This document shows, in pieces, positions 11,864 to 22,763 of a stretch of 64,000 nt of DNA. The DNA comes from Chiloscyllium plagiosum (lineage: Eukaryota). How positions within the stretch are numbered: position 1 is the first letter of the stretch; each line of letters starts with the position of its first letter. Made by a program: the position numbers and the translations under genes. The DNA lies in NCBI RefSeq assembly GCF_004010195.1, contig NC_057753.1:5963961-6027960 (forward strand), given 5' to 3'. The notes beneath the pieces are model-generated. The model was not told where the DNA came from and did no database searches. It saw nothing but the letters and a program-made list of their open reading frames with translations.

Positions 11864-12527
11864 TTGACGTGGTGTTTGTTCTGTGCAAAACACAATGTGG
11901 TCTTTGACACTTTATGGCAATACGTTATCAGAAATTAAAAGCAAACTATTGCACTAAAAAAAGACCCTGCAGTGTTGGCTATATGTACTATATGTGCATT
12001 TAGCTGCTAAAAAGCAAGTTTCTGCATTTTAACAATATAACCTAGTTCTGCAGTGCTGAATCTATATTGTACTCATCATCTGCCTGGATTCGTGTGACTG
12101 GATTCTTCGCATCGTCAGCTCTTTTTTGTTAATTGCATTGATTTCACTGCTCGCTTTCATGACTGTCAGGCATATTATGGCAACCAGTAAAACTCCAAAA
12201 ATACTCTGCAAACACGACAATAGTGGCAATCAGAGTATTCCAAAGATGGAGAAGAGGAGAAGTTCATGGTTTTATTGTTTGGCATCTCAGTAGATTTCTT
12301 CAAATAATAATTGCTAAGTATTGTAAAATTCCTTGATAGGCAAATTACCAGCGTATTTCTTAGGTGCTAATTTCAAAGAATGAAGCTATATTCTGGAGGA
12401 AACCAGACTTTTCCTAAAGATCTTGTGTTTCTGCATCAATCGATTTATTTATGCTGTGACTCAGAGCAAGGTGAGGATGGTAATAATACCCCGTCAGTAA
12501 AATCATTGAGTTGTTTTAAGCGATGAA
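11864..12527 (+). pseudogene. Unprocessed pseudogene psiB1 of the B-type GPR139-like receptor (exon 2 remnant)
   Basis: Acceptor CTTACAG (ends 11863), then sequence colinear with B2 exon 2 (caatgtggtcttt; cagaaattaaaagcaaactattgcact; gactggattcttcgcatc; gatggagaagaggagaag; tttatttatgct). Has a ~200-bp deletion of TM2-TM3, frameshifts and stops. Intron (11465-11863) and 3' flank (to ~12790) also align to B2. No exon 1 found. Confidence 0.85.
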
Positions 12528-12789
12528 AACAGCTAAATACAAAATGACTTATACATTACAGCAATGTCTTCTTATTTCTGTCCATGCCACATATAACCTC
12601 TTTTCCCAGGTCGATGGTCACTTAGATACACTTAGCAGTTGTGTGATCTATAAAAAAAGACATCAATTTATGTATCCTGTGGCAACATTTCTCTATTAAA
12701 TTCCCGTTCCATTCCTTATGTTATGCCAAGTCTGATCATGCTCCACGGTTCAGAGGTGCCCGAGGTATCCTCTTTCCTCAGGGTATAGG

Positions 12790-15490
12790 AACCTCAATTG
12801 TAGCTCCAGTGTACAGAATGTTGAGAGTAGTGACGTCACAAATAAGGTTTCAAGGTCGCAGGAGTGGATTGGTCGGCAGGAAGGTGGTTTGACGTGTGTC
12901 TATGTCAACGCCAGGAGCATCCAGAATAAGTTGGATGAACTTGCTGCATGGGTTTGTGATGCATGTGGCCATTTCAGAGAAATGGATAGAGCCTAGACGG
13001 GAATAGTTTTTACAGATTCCGGGGTTCAGATGTTTCAGTAAGACCAGAAAGTTGATAAAAGAGGCTGAGTTATGGCATTGTTAGGCAAGGACAGTATTAC
13101 GATGGCCAAAAGAACGTTTGATGAGTATTCCTTTGCTCTGGTAGCATGGCCTGAGGTTAGAAACAGGAAACGAGAGGTCACCCTGTTGGGTGTTTTCTAT
13201 AGGCCTCCGAACAACTCCAGATATTGCAAAGATGATTCTGGACAGGAGCGAAAGTAACAGGATAGTTGTTATGGGGTCTTTAACTTTCCTCATATTGACT
13301 GGAAGCGCTATAGTTCAAGTACCTTAGGTGGCTCAGTTTTGTTTAATGTGTGAAGGAGGATTTCCTGACCCATTATGTAGACAGGACAACAAGAGGCGAG
13401 GCCAGATTAGATTGGGTACTGGGTAATGAACTGGGCCAGGTGTTAGATTTGGAGATAGGTGAGCACTTTGGTGATAGTGGGCGCAATTTGGTAAAGTGTA
13501 TTTTAACGATGCAAAGGGGCAGATATATACCACAGGGCAAGAGTTACAGCAGGGGGAACAGCAATGATTATGCAATTTAGCAAGATTTAGAAAGCATAGG
13601 ATGGGGAAAGAAACTGCAGGGGATGGGAAAGTTTAAAATGTGGTTCTTGTTCAACGAACAGCTACTGCATGTCATTGATAAGTATGTATCTGCCAGGCAT
13701 GAGGGAAGGTGGCCGAGCGAGGAAACCATGGTTTACTAAAGAATTTGAAGCCTTTTTCAAGAGGAAGAAGGAGGCTTGCGTAAAGATGAGACATGATGTA
13801 TCCGAAAGGGCGCTTGAGTGTTACTAGTTAGCTAGGAAGGACCTAAAGAGAGAGCTATGAAGAGACAGGAGGGGACATGGTCTTTGGCAGGTCGGATCAA
13901 GTAAGACCCCGCTTTCCTTTCTATAGGTATGGCAGGAGTAGAAGAATGACTAGAGTAAGATATAGGCATGTCAAGGACAGATGTGTGAAGTTGTCCTTGG
14001 TGTCCGAAGAGGTAGGAGCAGCCTTTGCCTTTGATCCTTGCGTTGTTGTTGTCTACAGGAATAGTGCCAGAAGACTGGAGAATGGTAAATGCTGTCCGGT
14101 TGTTCAGCAAGGGGAGTAGAAACAACCCAGGTAATTATAGACCAGCGAGATGTACTTCTGTTGTGGGCAAAGTTTTGGAAAGAATTATAACAGATTGGAT
14201 TTTAATCATCTAGAAAGGAATAATCTGATTCGGGATAATCAACACGGTTTTGTCAAGCGTAGAACGTGCCTCATAATCTTTATTGAGATTTTTGAGAAGG
14301 TGATCAAACAGGTGGATGGGGGTTAAGCAGTTTTTCTGGTGTATATGCATGTCAATAAAGCGTTTGTTAAGGTCCCCCACGGTAGGTTATTTCAGAAAAT
14401 ACAGAGACATGGGATTGAAGGTGATTTAGTGGCTTGGATCGAAATTGACTAACTGAACGAAGACAGAGGGTGGTAATTGATGTGAAATCTTCATCCTGGA
14501 GTTCAGTCACTAGTGGATTACCACAAGGGTCTATTTTGGGGCCACTGCCGTTGTCATTTTTATAAATGACCTGGATGAGGGCGTAGAAGGATGGGTTAGT
14601 AAATTTGCGAATGACATTATAGTTGGAGTTGTGGATAGTACTGAAGGATGTTCCAGTTTACAGAGGAAGATAGGTAAGCTGCAGAGCTGGGCTGAGAGGT
14701 GGCAAATGGAATTTAATACGGAGAAGTGTGACATGATCAACTTTGGAAGGAGTAACAAGAATACAGAGTACTAGGCAAATGGCAAAATGCTTGGTAGTGT
14801 GGATTACTAGAGATGCCGGTGTCCACGTACATAGATCCCTGAAAGTTGTAACCCAGGTTGAGAGGGTTGTTAAGAAGCTGTATGGTGTGTTAGCTGTTAT
14901 TAGAGGAGAGATTGGGTTTCGGAGCCACGAGGTAATGCTGCAGCTGTACAAACTCTGGTGCAGTTGCACTTGGGATATTCCATACAGTCCTGGTCACCGC
15001 ATTGCAGGAAGATGTGGAAGCGGAAGAAAATGTGCAAAGGGCAGTTACCATGATGCTGTTTTGTATGGAGAGATGGCGGAGGTATTTGAGGCTGTTATTG
15101 TTAGAGAGAAGAAGGCTAAGAGGTGACATAAAAGAGACATACAAGATGTTTAGAGAATTAGATATGGTGGACAGTGGGAGCATTTTTTCGCGGATGGTGA
15201 TGGCTAGCACGAGGGGATTTCGCTTTAAATTGAGGGATGATGGATACAAAACAAGTGCCAAAGGTACGTCTTTTTTTACTCAAAGTGTAGTAAAGACGTA
15301 AAATGACCTAGCTGCAACAGTGGTGGACTCACCAACATTAAAGGCATTCAAATGGTCATTGTATAAATGTACAGATGACAGTAGAATAGTGAACATTAGA
15401 TGGGCTTAAGATTGGTTTCACAGGTCGGTGCAATATCGATGACAGAAAGGGGCTATACCGCGCTGTAATGTCCCATTTTCGATTTTCTAT
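12790..15490 (+). mobile_element. CR1/HER1 LINE ORF2 (EN-RT), degenerate with internal deletion, 3' tail present
   Basis: CVY.NARSI.NK, GVFYRPPN, VPEDWR..N...F.KG...PGNYRP, QHGF, SKFA.D motifs with many stops and frameshifts. Confidence 0.9.
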
Positions 15491-15524
15491 CCAAATCACC
15501 GACACAGGTAACATACAGTGATGG

Positions 15525-16390
15525 GCCGAGCCTGATTCCTGTGGCACACCATTAATCACAGGCCTCCAGTCTGACAAGCATCCTTCCACGATCGTCCTCT
15601 GCTTCATACCATCAAGCCAATTGTCTAAATAATTTGTCAGCTCCCTTTGGATTCTATGTGATCTAATCTTCCAAAGCAGCCTACCATTTGGAACCTTACC
15701 AAATGCCTTACTGAAATGCATATATACTGCATCTGCCGCCCTGCACTCATTCACATTCCAGATTCATCACAGAATTCGAACAAATCTTTGTGGTATGATC
15801 TCTGATGCACAAGGCCACGCTGACTACATCTAATCAAGCCCAGGCTTTCCAAATCTTATCCCTCCGAAACTTCTCAATTAACTTACCCACAACAGGTGTT
15901 AGGCTTACTGGCCTATACTTCCCATGTTGTTCCTTGCAACCCTTCTTGAATAATGGCACAACATTGGCAACCAGCCAGTCCTCTGGGACCTCAACTTTGA
16001 CTAACAATGATGCACGAAATCAGCCTGGGCCTCCGCAACTTCGTCTCTACCCTCTTGCAGTGGTCTTGGAAACATCTGGATATAACCAGGAAATTTATCC
16101 GAATCCATACATTCTAATACATCGAATAGCTCCTCCATAGCGATGTGGACTGTCCCCAAGATATCAAAACTTCCATCCCTACTTTGGCAAGTGTTCATGT
16201 CTTTCTCCATGGTAAACATAGAGGAGAAGTATTCATTGAGGCCCTTGCCCAGCTCCTGCTTTTCCACACGTACATGTATCCTCTTTCGACCTTGATGGGC
16301 TGTACTCTGTCCAGTTATATATTTTTTTCCTTTAGCATACTTAAATAATCTCTTTGGATTCACCCTAATCGTCTCAGCCAACGCCATCTG
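15525..16390 (-). mobile_element. CR1 LINE RT fragment
   Basis: Minus ORFs with VYMHFSKAFGKVP, WRPVINGVPQ, LNEYFSSMFT. Confidence 0.85.
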
Positions 16391-17317
16391 CTATACTAAG
16401 ATAGGAACTTAACATTATTAAGTTGGAAGGGGTATAGAAGAATGTTGTGAGGAATGGAGAGTTTGAGTTAGAAGGAGAGGTTGGATAGGCTGGGAAGATT
16501 TCAGTGGAAATTGACATTGTAAAATCATGAAGTGTACAGATATCATGATGGCAGGTGACTTTTCCCTGGGGTGGGGGATTTCAACAGACTAGGGGCATTT
16601 TTAACGTGAAAGGAGAATGATTTAAAAAAAAAAGACCATGGGACGTCCTTTTATACACAGAGAGTGGTTCATGTGTGGAATTAATTTCCGGAGAAAGTGG
16701 TGTATACAGGTATAGTTACAGTTTCTAAAGTACATATAGGCAAGTGCATGAATGAGAAATGTACAATGAGCTAATAGTCAACTGCAGACAGATGGGACAA
16801 GTTTACTTTTGGTTTATGGTCCGCTTGGACTGACTGGACTGTAGGGTCTGTTTGTGTGCTGGACAACTGCATGAATCTGAGTCAAAACGGACCCATTTAT
16901 CAGTGAAGTGATGCCTCAGGATTCAAATATTTACAACTCTCGATATGGAAACCAGGTGTTCATCAGACCCAGGTGTTCAGAACATTGCCCCAAGGTAGGA
17001 GTGCGTGGCAACGTATTTTGAATCACAATCATAAATGTCAGTGACACAGGTCACAAACATAATATTTTTCTGCTGAAAGACAGTAAAGAAGGGGTGAGGT
17101 AATGATAGATGTCAGGACTAATTCAGACTTACATTAACCAGAGCTAATCCGATATATATATATAGCCCACATAGTTGGCATGAGGCACGTTTCTCAGGGA
17201 ATGCAGAAATTGTTCTGCAGGTTCAAGAGAACTTCACTTTTAAAACTTACTTTCAGTTGCTGACCAGTGCAATTACTGTAGCCAGTTTTTTAATATCAAT
17301 TTTGTAATCGAGAACTG

Positions 17318-18048
17318 TGTGACGACGCTGCTCATCAGTAAAGATTATTCTCTTGTTTTTTTGGGGGGGATGCAGGAGGGGTGTCGTAAATGCAGAGGTT
17401 CAGATTTTTCTGGAATTATTTCCTTGAAAAAGGTTTTAAGTTTTTTTTTTACAATTGCGCCATGAAAGTGGAGTGGCTTGTTCTCCCAGTTCAAGGCTTG
17501 ATTTAGTTTGATTTTAGCTAGCTATTTTGTTTGCAGCTGCTAGGTTTTAGCAAGAAACCCAGGTTCAGATTTTTCTGGAATTATTTCCTTGAAAAAGGTT
17601 TTAAGTTTTTTTTTTACAATTGCGCCATGAAAGTGGAGTGGCTTGTTCTCCCAGTTCAAGGTTTGATTTAGTTTGATTTTAGCAAGCTATTTTGTTTGCA
17701 GCTGCTAGGTTTTAGCAAGAAACCCAGAGAAGCTGCTGGCACCTCAAAGAAGGAGCAACATGCATATTCTCATTCTCTGCAATGTCTTCCCCTGGTAGAA
17801 ACTTGTGTTATCTTTTTTGAATTGGGGGTGTACTGGTATGTTGGAGGAAATCGGAAGAGATGTTTTTCATGTTGCGCTTTCGTGTTGGTTGGGTTTTCAG
17901 ATGGGTTACATTATTCTAAATACGTCTTTCGTTTATTAATCTATAAATAAATTCTGTTTTGTTTAAGACTGAATGATTGGGCCAACTGCATCATTCCTGG
18001 AATTTCAACTCTTAACCTCCTTAAAGCAACTAGAAAAGTTTGGTATTA
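17318..18048 (+). mobile_element. LTR-like element (related to 2049-2507) containing a 165-bp tandem duplication
   Basis: Starts tgtgacgacgctgctc like the 2049 LTR; shares tttagtttgatttt and taaattctgttttgtttaa blocks. 3' end cut by the Penelope element. Confidence 0.6.
17396..17725. repeat. Near-perfect tandem duplication, 2 x 165 bp
   Basis: Units start aggttcagatttttctgg at 17396 and 17561. Confidence 0.93.
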
Positions 18049-18153
18049 ATATTAGCCTGAAGACGAAGCACTGCTGGTGTTTCCTGCTTTCTATTTATAT
18101 GTTTGAGTTTCCTTGGGTTGGTAATGTCATTTCCTGTGGTTCCTGTCCTCCCA

Positions 18154-18195
18154 TTCACTGAAGATGTTACCTAGTAAGGTAACGAAATATCTGAA
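18154..18195 (+). ncRNA. Minimal type I hammerhead ribozyme motif in the 5' pLTR
   Basis: TTCA-CTGAAGA-T-GTTACC(TAGTAA)GGTAAC-GAAA-TATC-TGAA: stem I TTCA/TGAA, 6-bp stem II, palindromic ATAT stem III, AUC cleavage triplet. Confidence 0.7.
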
Positions 18196-18752
18196 AATAA
18201 ACCTTCCAGCTCAGCAAGCAAACCCACATCCAAAACCTCAACGTGAGCTACAAATCTTCTCAAAACTCGTTAACACCTCGGGCTAAAACTGGCCTGAAAA
18301 TGGGAAACAAATGCTATCCGACAGAGCACCACCTTTGAACAGCTGTATTCGTGCACGAATGTGTAAGAAAACAGGTACTACCTAAATATCTTAAATACAA
18401 ACCTCACCTTTTCACCTCACTAGCCCAAAGAATAACAGTGCAGAATGCTTCGAGAAATGATTGTTGATGCCCACAACAGACTCTGTAAATACAATCGGGA
18501 AATGTTGCACTAGCAATATTTACTCACTCATGCAACAGGCCATGAATGGACAGACTCAGTACAACAAGCCATAGATAATGGACAGCAACAAACACAGTAA
18601 AAGATAAAAAAGCTAAACCTGCAGAAAATACCTAGACAAATTTACACAAAATAACAACACTGACAACACAGAAGCATGGATTAAAAAAACTTATCTGACC
18701 GACCCTCAACAGACACTGAAAAAAACGTCTTAGTAAGAGGATTAAATTACAA

Positions 18753-18955
18753 CTTCTTTTTCTCTTTTTTTTATCTCTCTTTTTCTTTCTCTTTTTCTCT
18801 CTTTTTTCTCTCTTTTTCTCTCTTTTTCTCAAACTTTTTCTTTCTCATTTTCTCTCCGTTTTTCTCTTTTTCACTCACTTTTTCTCTGTTTTTCTCTATC
18901 TTTTTCTCTTCTCTCTTTTTTCTCTCTTTTTCTCTCTTTCTATCTCTTTTTCTTC
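18753..18955. repeat. Polypyrimidine low-complexity (TTTTCTC-like) tract inside the Penelope ORF
   Basis: ~200 nt almost purely T/C, lying between GLNYN and QGVDKNNFLAALE coding sequence. Confidence 0.9.
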
Positions 18956-20889
18956 CAGGGTGTGGACAAGAACAATTTCTTAGCAGCATTAGAAACAACC
19001 ACTGAAAGGCAACCAACTCACAGAAGAAGCCCAGAAAGCTATCAGACAGGTAGTCACTACAACATTAACCAGGAAAAAAGAAGGAAACACACTCCATACA
19101 CAAGAAAGGAAATCACTGGAAAGACTAAAAAAGAGACAAAAAAATTGTTATCCTACCTGTAGACAAGGGACGCTTGAGAGTGATTTTAAATCAAAGAGAC
19201 TACATTAAGAAAGCTAATGCACTACTTGCAGATATCAACACTTAGCAACAAGTAGTGATAGAAGACCACACAACTCGAGAACCGAATCACAGCCCGACTC
19301 AAAACAGACTTCAGAAATCTGGAGAAGTTAATCATACTGACTTCCAAAAATGAAACCAGATGGATTCAACACACCACGCTTGTGCGGATTACCAAAATTC
19401 ACAAACCAGGAGACCCCTCAGACACCTCTCGCCACCTGGAACACCTACTTACAGATTGGCCAAGGAACTACACCAAAGACTAAAACACTTAGTAGAAGAC
19501 TCACTCCACTCCATCCACTCCACCCAAGCATTCCTGAAGACCATCAAAGACATCAAGATAGAAGAGGATAGAATAATGGTCTCCTTTGACATAACAGCCC
19601 TGTTCACATCCAAAAAAATTTACCTGACCAAGGAAGCACTGACTATACTATTAGAAGACACAAAGACACATACCAAACACCACCAACTTCATCAGCAAAG
19701 ATGGTATCGTCAAGCTTGTGGACCTATGCCTTCTCACCCACTTCACCTTCAACAACAAAACCTACAGATAAGCCAACGGAACACCCAAGGGATCTCTGAT
19801 ATGAGAGTTCTCAACTGGGACAGTAATGCAGAGAATCGAACAACAACTTTGCCAACCATTCAACCCAAACTCTGGGTCACCCTTACTGCTATACAATTCA
19901 CTAAAGAGGAGGAAAACGACAAGAAACTGCCATTCCTAGATGTCACAGTAGAGTGAACAGCCAATGGGGAACTTCAAGCCAGCATATACAGGAAAATAAC
20001 ACATACTGACCAAATATTAAACTACAGAAGCAATCATCCCAAAGTTCACAAACGATGCTGCATTAGAACATTATTTCAACGAGCCACCACACACTGCAGC
20101 ACAGAGGAACTATGCAGAGCAGAGGAAAGTTACATATACAGTGTATTCAAAAAGAACGGGTACCCAATGAACACAGTCACCGATTTCACAGCAACAATCC
20201 CAAAAGAGCAGACAAAACGCGTCCAGAAACCTTAGCTACTCTCCCTTACATCAAAGACATCTCGGAAATGGCTGCCAGACTGCTCAGATCCCTTGGAATC
20301 ATGGTAGCCCAGAAACCCACGAACACACTAAAACAGCAGCCAATGAGCTTGAAAGACCCGATATAGACAACAAGCAAAACTAATGTTATTTACAAAATAC
20401 AGTGCAAGAACTGTAAGAAATAGTGCATTGGAGAAACAGGCAGAACACTCGCCACCAGGATACATGAACATCAACTAGCCACAAGACAACATGACCCTCT
20501 CTCACTAGTATCCTTTCATACAGATAAGGGAGGACACCACTTCGATTGGGACAACACAAACATCCGAGGACAGGTCAAATAAAGACATCCACGAGAATTC
20601 CAAGAAGCATGGCATTCCAAACAGAAATCTATCAACAAACACATTGACTTGGATCCCATTTACTACCCCCCTGAGAAAAAGAACGGGAAATGGCACCATC
20701 ATAGGAAATGAATTCAGCACAGGAAACTAAATAATTAACACAAGGAAACCCAAATATATAAATGGAAAGCGGGCTACACCACCAGCGCTTCGTCCAGAGG
20801 CTCACTGAAGATGTTACCTAGTATGGTGACGATATGTCTGAAAATGAACCTTTCAGCTCAGCGAGCAAACCTTCATCCAGAAGCTTATG

Positions 20890-21136
20890 TTGTCCTTGGT
20901 TTCTTCAAGAGGAGCTGGAAAACACAGCTGTTCTAATTTCTCTGGAATGGCCGACCGATACCAGTAAGGTAACAATCAGGAAAAGTCATTTAGATCTTTC
21001 ATTCTAAAAAAGACACATGTGAAATGAAAGGGGAGCGACCAGTTCTCGCTGTTCAGAGGTTTTGTTTTCTCCTGGTTTGGTTTAGTTATAACAAGCAGTC
21101 TTTCCGAAGCTGCTGGTCAAAGACAACCACCACTCT

Positions 21137-21172
<36 letters not shown>

Positions 21173-21554
21173 GGGCCATACCTCAGCAGATGTTTCTTGC
21201 CTGACTTCTCTCTCAAACATTTCTCCTGTTAGAATTTATTTTTGAATGTACCTTCTTGCTTCGTTATATGTTTATGGGATGGTGCAGGTAATCAGAACAA
21301 TTCTTTGTTAAATTGCAGGTGATATCGTGACGGTTGGGGTTTCAAATGGGTGTTATTCACAATCCTGTTTTCTTTCCTTGTGTTTCATCCAATGGTGCTG
21401 AAATAAATTCTATTTCACTTGAATCCAAGTGGTTTGACCGACTGCATCATTCCCAGAATATAGTTCTTACATCTGTCGAAAACAACTAAAAATGTTAGGG
21501 TCTGGGTTACCTTCTTAAAATGTTTTTTTACGGGGTCTGGACTGACCCATAACA
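20890..21554 (+). mobile_element. LTR-like element (related family); 5' boundary uncertain
   Basis: Shares aagtggtttgacc.actgcatca and ttagggtctggg...ggtctg...cataaca with the 2049 LTR; contains a G35 run. Confidence 0.55.
21137..21171. repeat. Poly-G run (35 nt)
   Basis: Direct observation. Confidence 0.95.
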
Positions 21555-21824
21555 ATACATCAGTGAGTAAGTGATTTCATAAATTGCTGCCAGTGATACC
21601 TTACTTTCTTTTTTAAAAAATAAAATCGTGCTAAATATCAAGTGCTTTCAGCTATCAGAACCAGTTCTCATCTATTTGACTAACTGAATTGGATGATGTC
21701 CTCAAAGGAAGAGCATAGACGAAGTGATGAACTGTATCTGTTTTTGTGCAATGTGCTTTGATTAATAGTGATGGCACGTTGCAATTACCATAGTGTGAAT
21801 ATTGCATTAATTATAAAGATGTAA

Positions 21825-22763
21825 ATTATGGAACAGGCCCTTCGACCCTCGATGTTGCACCAACCTGTGAACTAATCTAAGGCCATCCCCCTACATCATC
21901 ATCCTTGTGCTTATCCAAGGATTGTTTAAATGCCTCTAATGTGACTGAGTTAACTACATTGGCAGGCAGGGCATTGCACGCCCTTTCCACTCTCTGAGTA
22001 GAGAACCTGCCTCTGACATCTGTCTTAAATCTATTACCTCTCAATTTGTAGCCATGCCCCCTCGTAAAAGCTAACGTGATCATCCTAGGATAAAGACTTT
22101 CATTGTCCACTCTCTCTAATCCTCTGATCATCTTGTATGTCTCAATTAAATCCCCTCTAAGCCCTGTTTCCCTCCAATGAGAACAGACCCAAGTCCCTCA
22201 GCTTTTCCTCATACGCCTTAGCTCCAGATCAGACAATATCCCAGTGACTCTCCTCTGCAACTTTTCCAATGCTTCCACATCCTTCCTGTAACAGGGCGAC
22301 CAGAACTGTACTCAATATTCCAAGTGCGGTGTCACTAGTGTTTATTATAGTTGCAGCATGACATTACGCCTCCAGAACTCAGACCCTCTACCAATAAAAC
22401 CTAACACACTGTATGCCTTCTGAACAGTACTATCAACCTGGGTGGCAACTTTCAGGGATCTATGTACATGGACTCCAAGATCCGTCTGCACATCCACACT
22501 ACCATTGACACAGTGTTCTGCCTTCCTGTTATTCTTCCCAAAGTGCATCACCTCACATTTATCTGCATTGAGCTCCATTTTCCACATCTCAGCCCAATTC
22601 TGCAGTTTATCCAAGTTCCCTTGCAACCTGCAATATTTTTTCCACACTGCCCACTACTCCACCAACGTTCGTGGCATTTACAAACTTACTAAGCCAGCCG
22701 CCTATGCCTGCGTCTAAGTCATTTATAAAAATGACAAGCAGCAGTGGTCCTAAAACAGATCCT
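21825..22763 (-). mobile_element. CR1 LINE 3' portion
   Basis: Minus ORFs WAEMWKMELNADKCEVMHFG, TRGHGYKL, RVERACNALP; CR1 tail. Confidence 0.88.

Larger units (their letters stand above)
18060..20880 (+). mobile_element. Penelope-like retroelement, near full length, decayed (RT + GIY-YIG endonuclease, pLTRs)
   Basis: Fragmented ORF with PLE RT motifs (GLNYN, GLPK, TPTYRLAK, MVSFDITALFTS, LPFLDV, LPYIKDISE) and a GIY-YIG-like region (NVIYKIQC..C...IGETGR.LATRIHEH, ~20380-20475). Direct repeat 18155-18232 / 20802-20879; inverted copy of the 3' region at 18060-18135. The catalytic YVDD segment is deleted near 19878. Confidence 0.9.

Noticed and set aside
17396..17725. Repeat arrays as possible CRISPR (also 54614-54909, 9110-9392)
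   Set aside because: Only two long units, no repeat-spacer periodicity, no cas genes, eukaryotic context.
18632..19016. Lys/Arg/Glu-rich minus-strand ORFs
   Set aside because: Translations of the polypyrimidine low-complexity tract.
21024..21245. Poly-Gly ORF
   Set aside because: Produced by the G35 homopolymer inside an LTR-like repeat.
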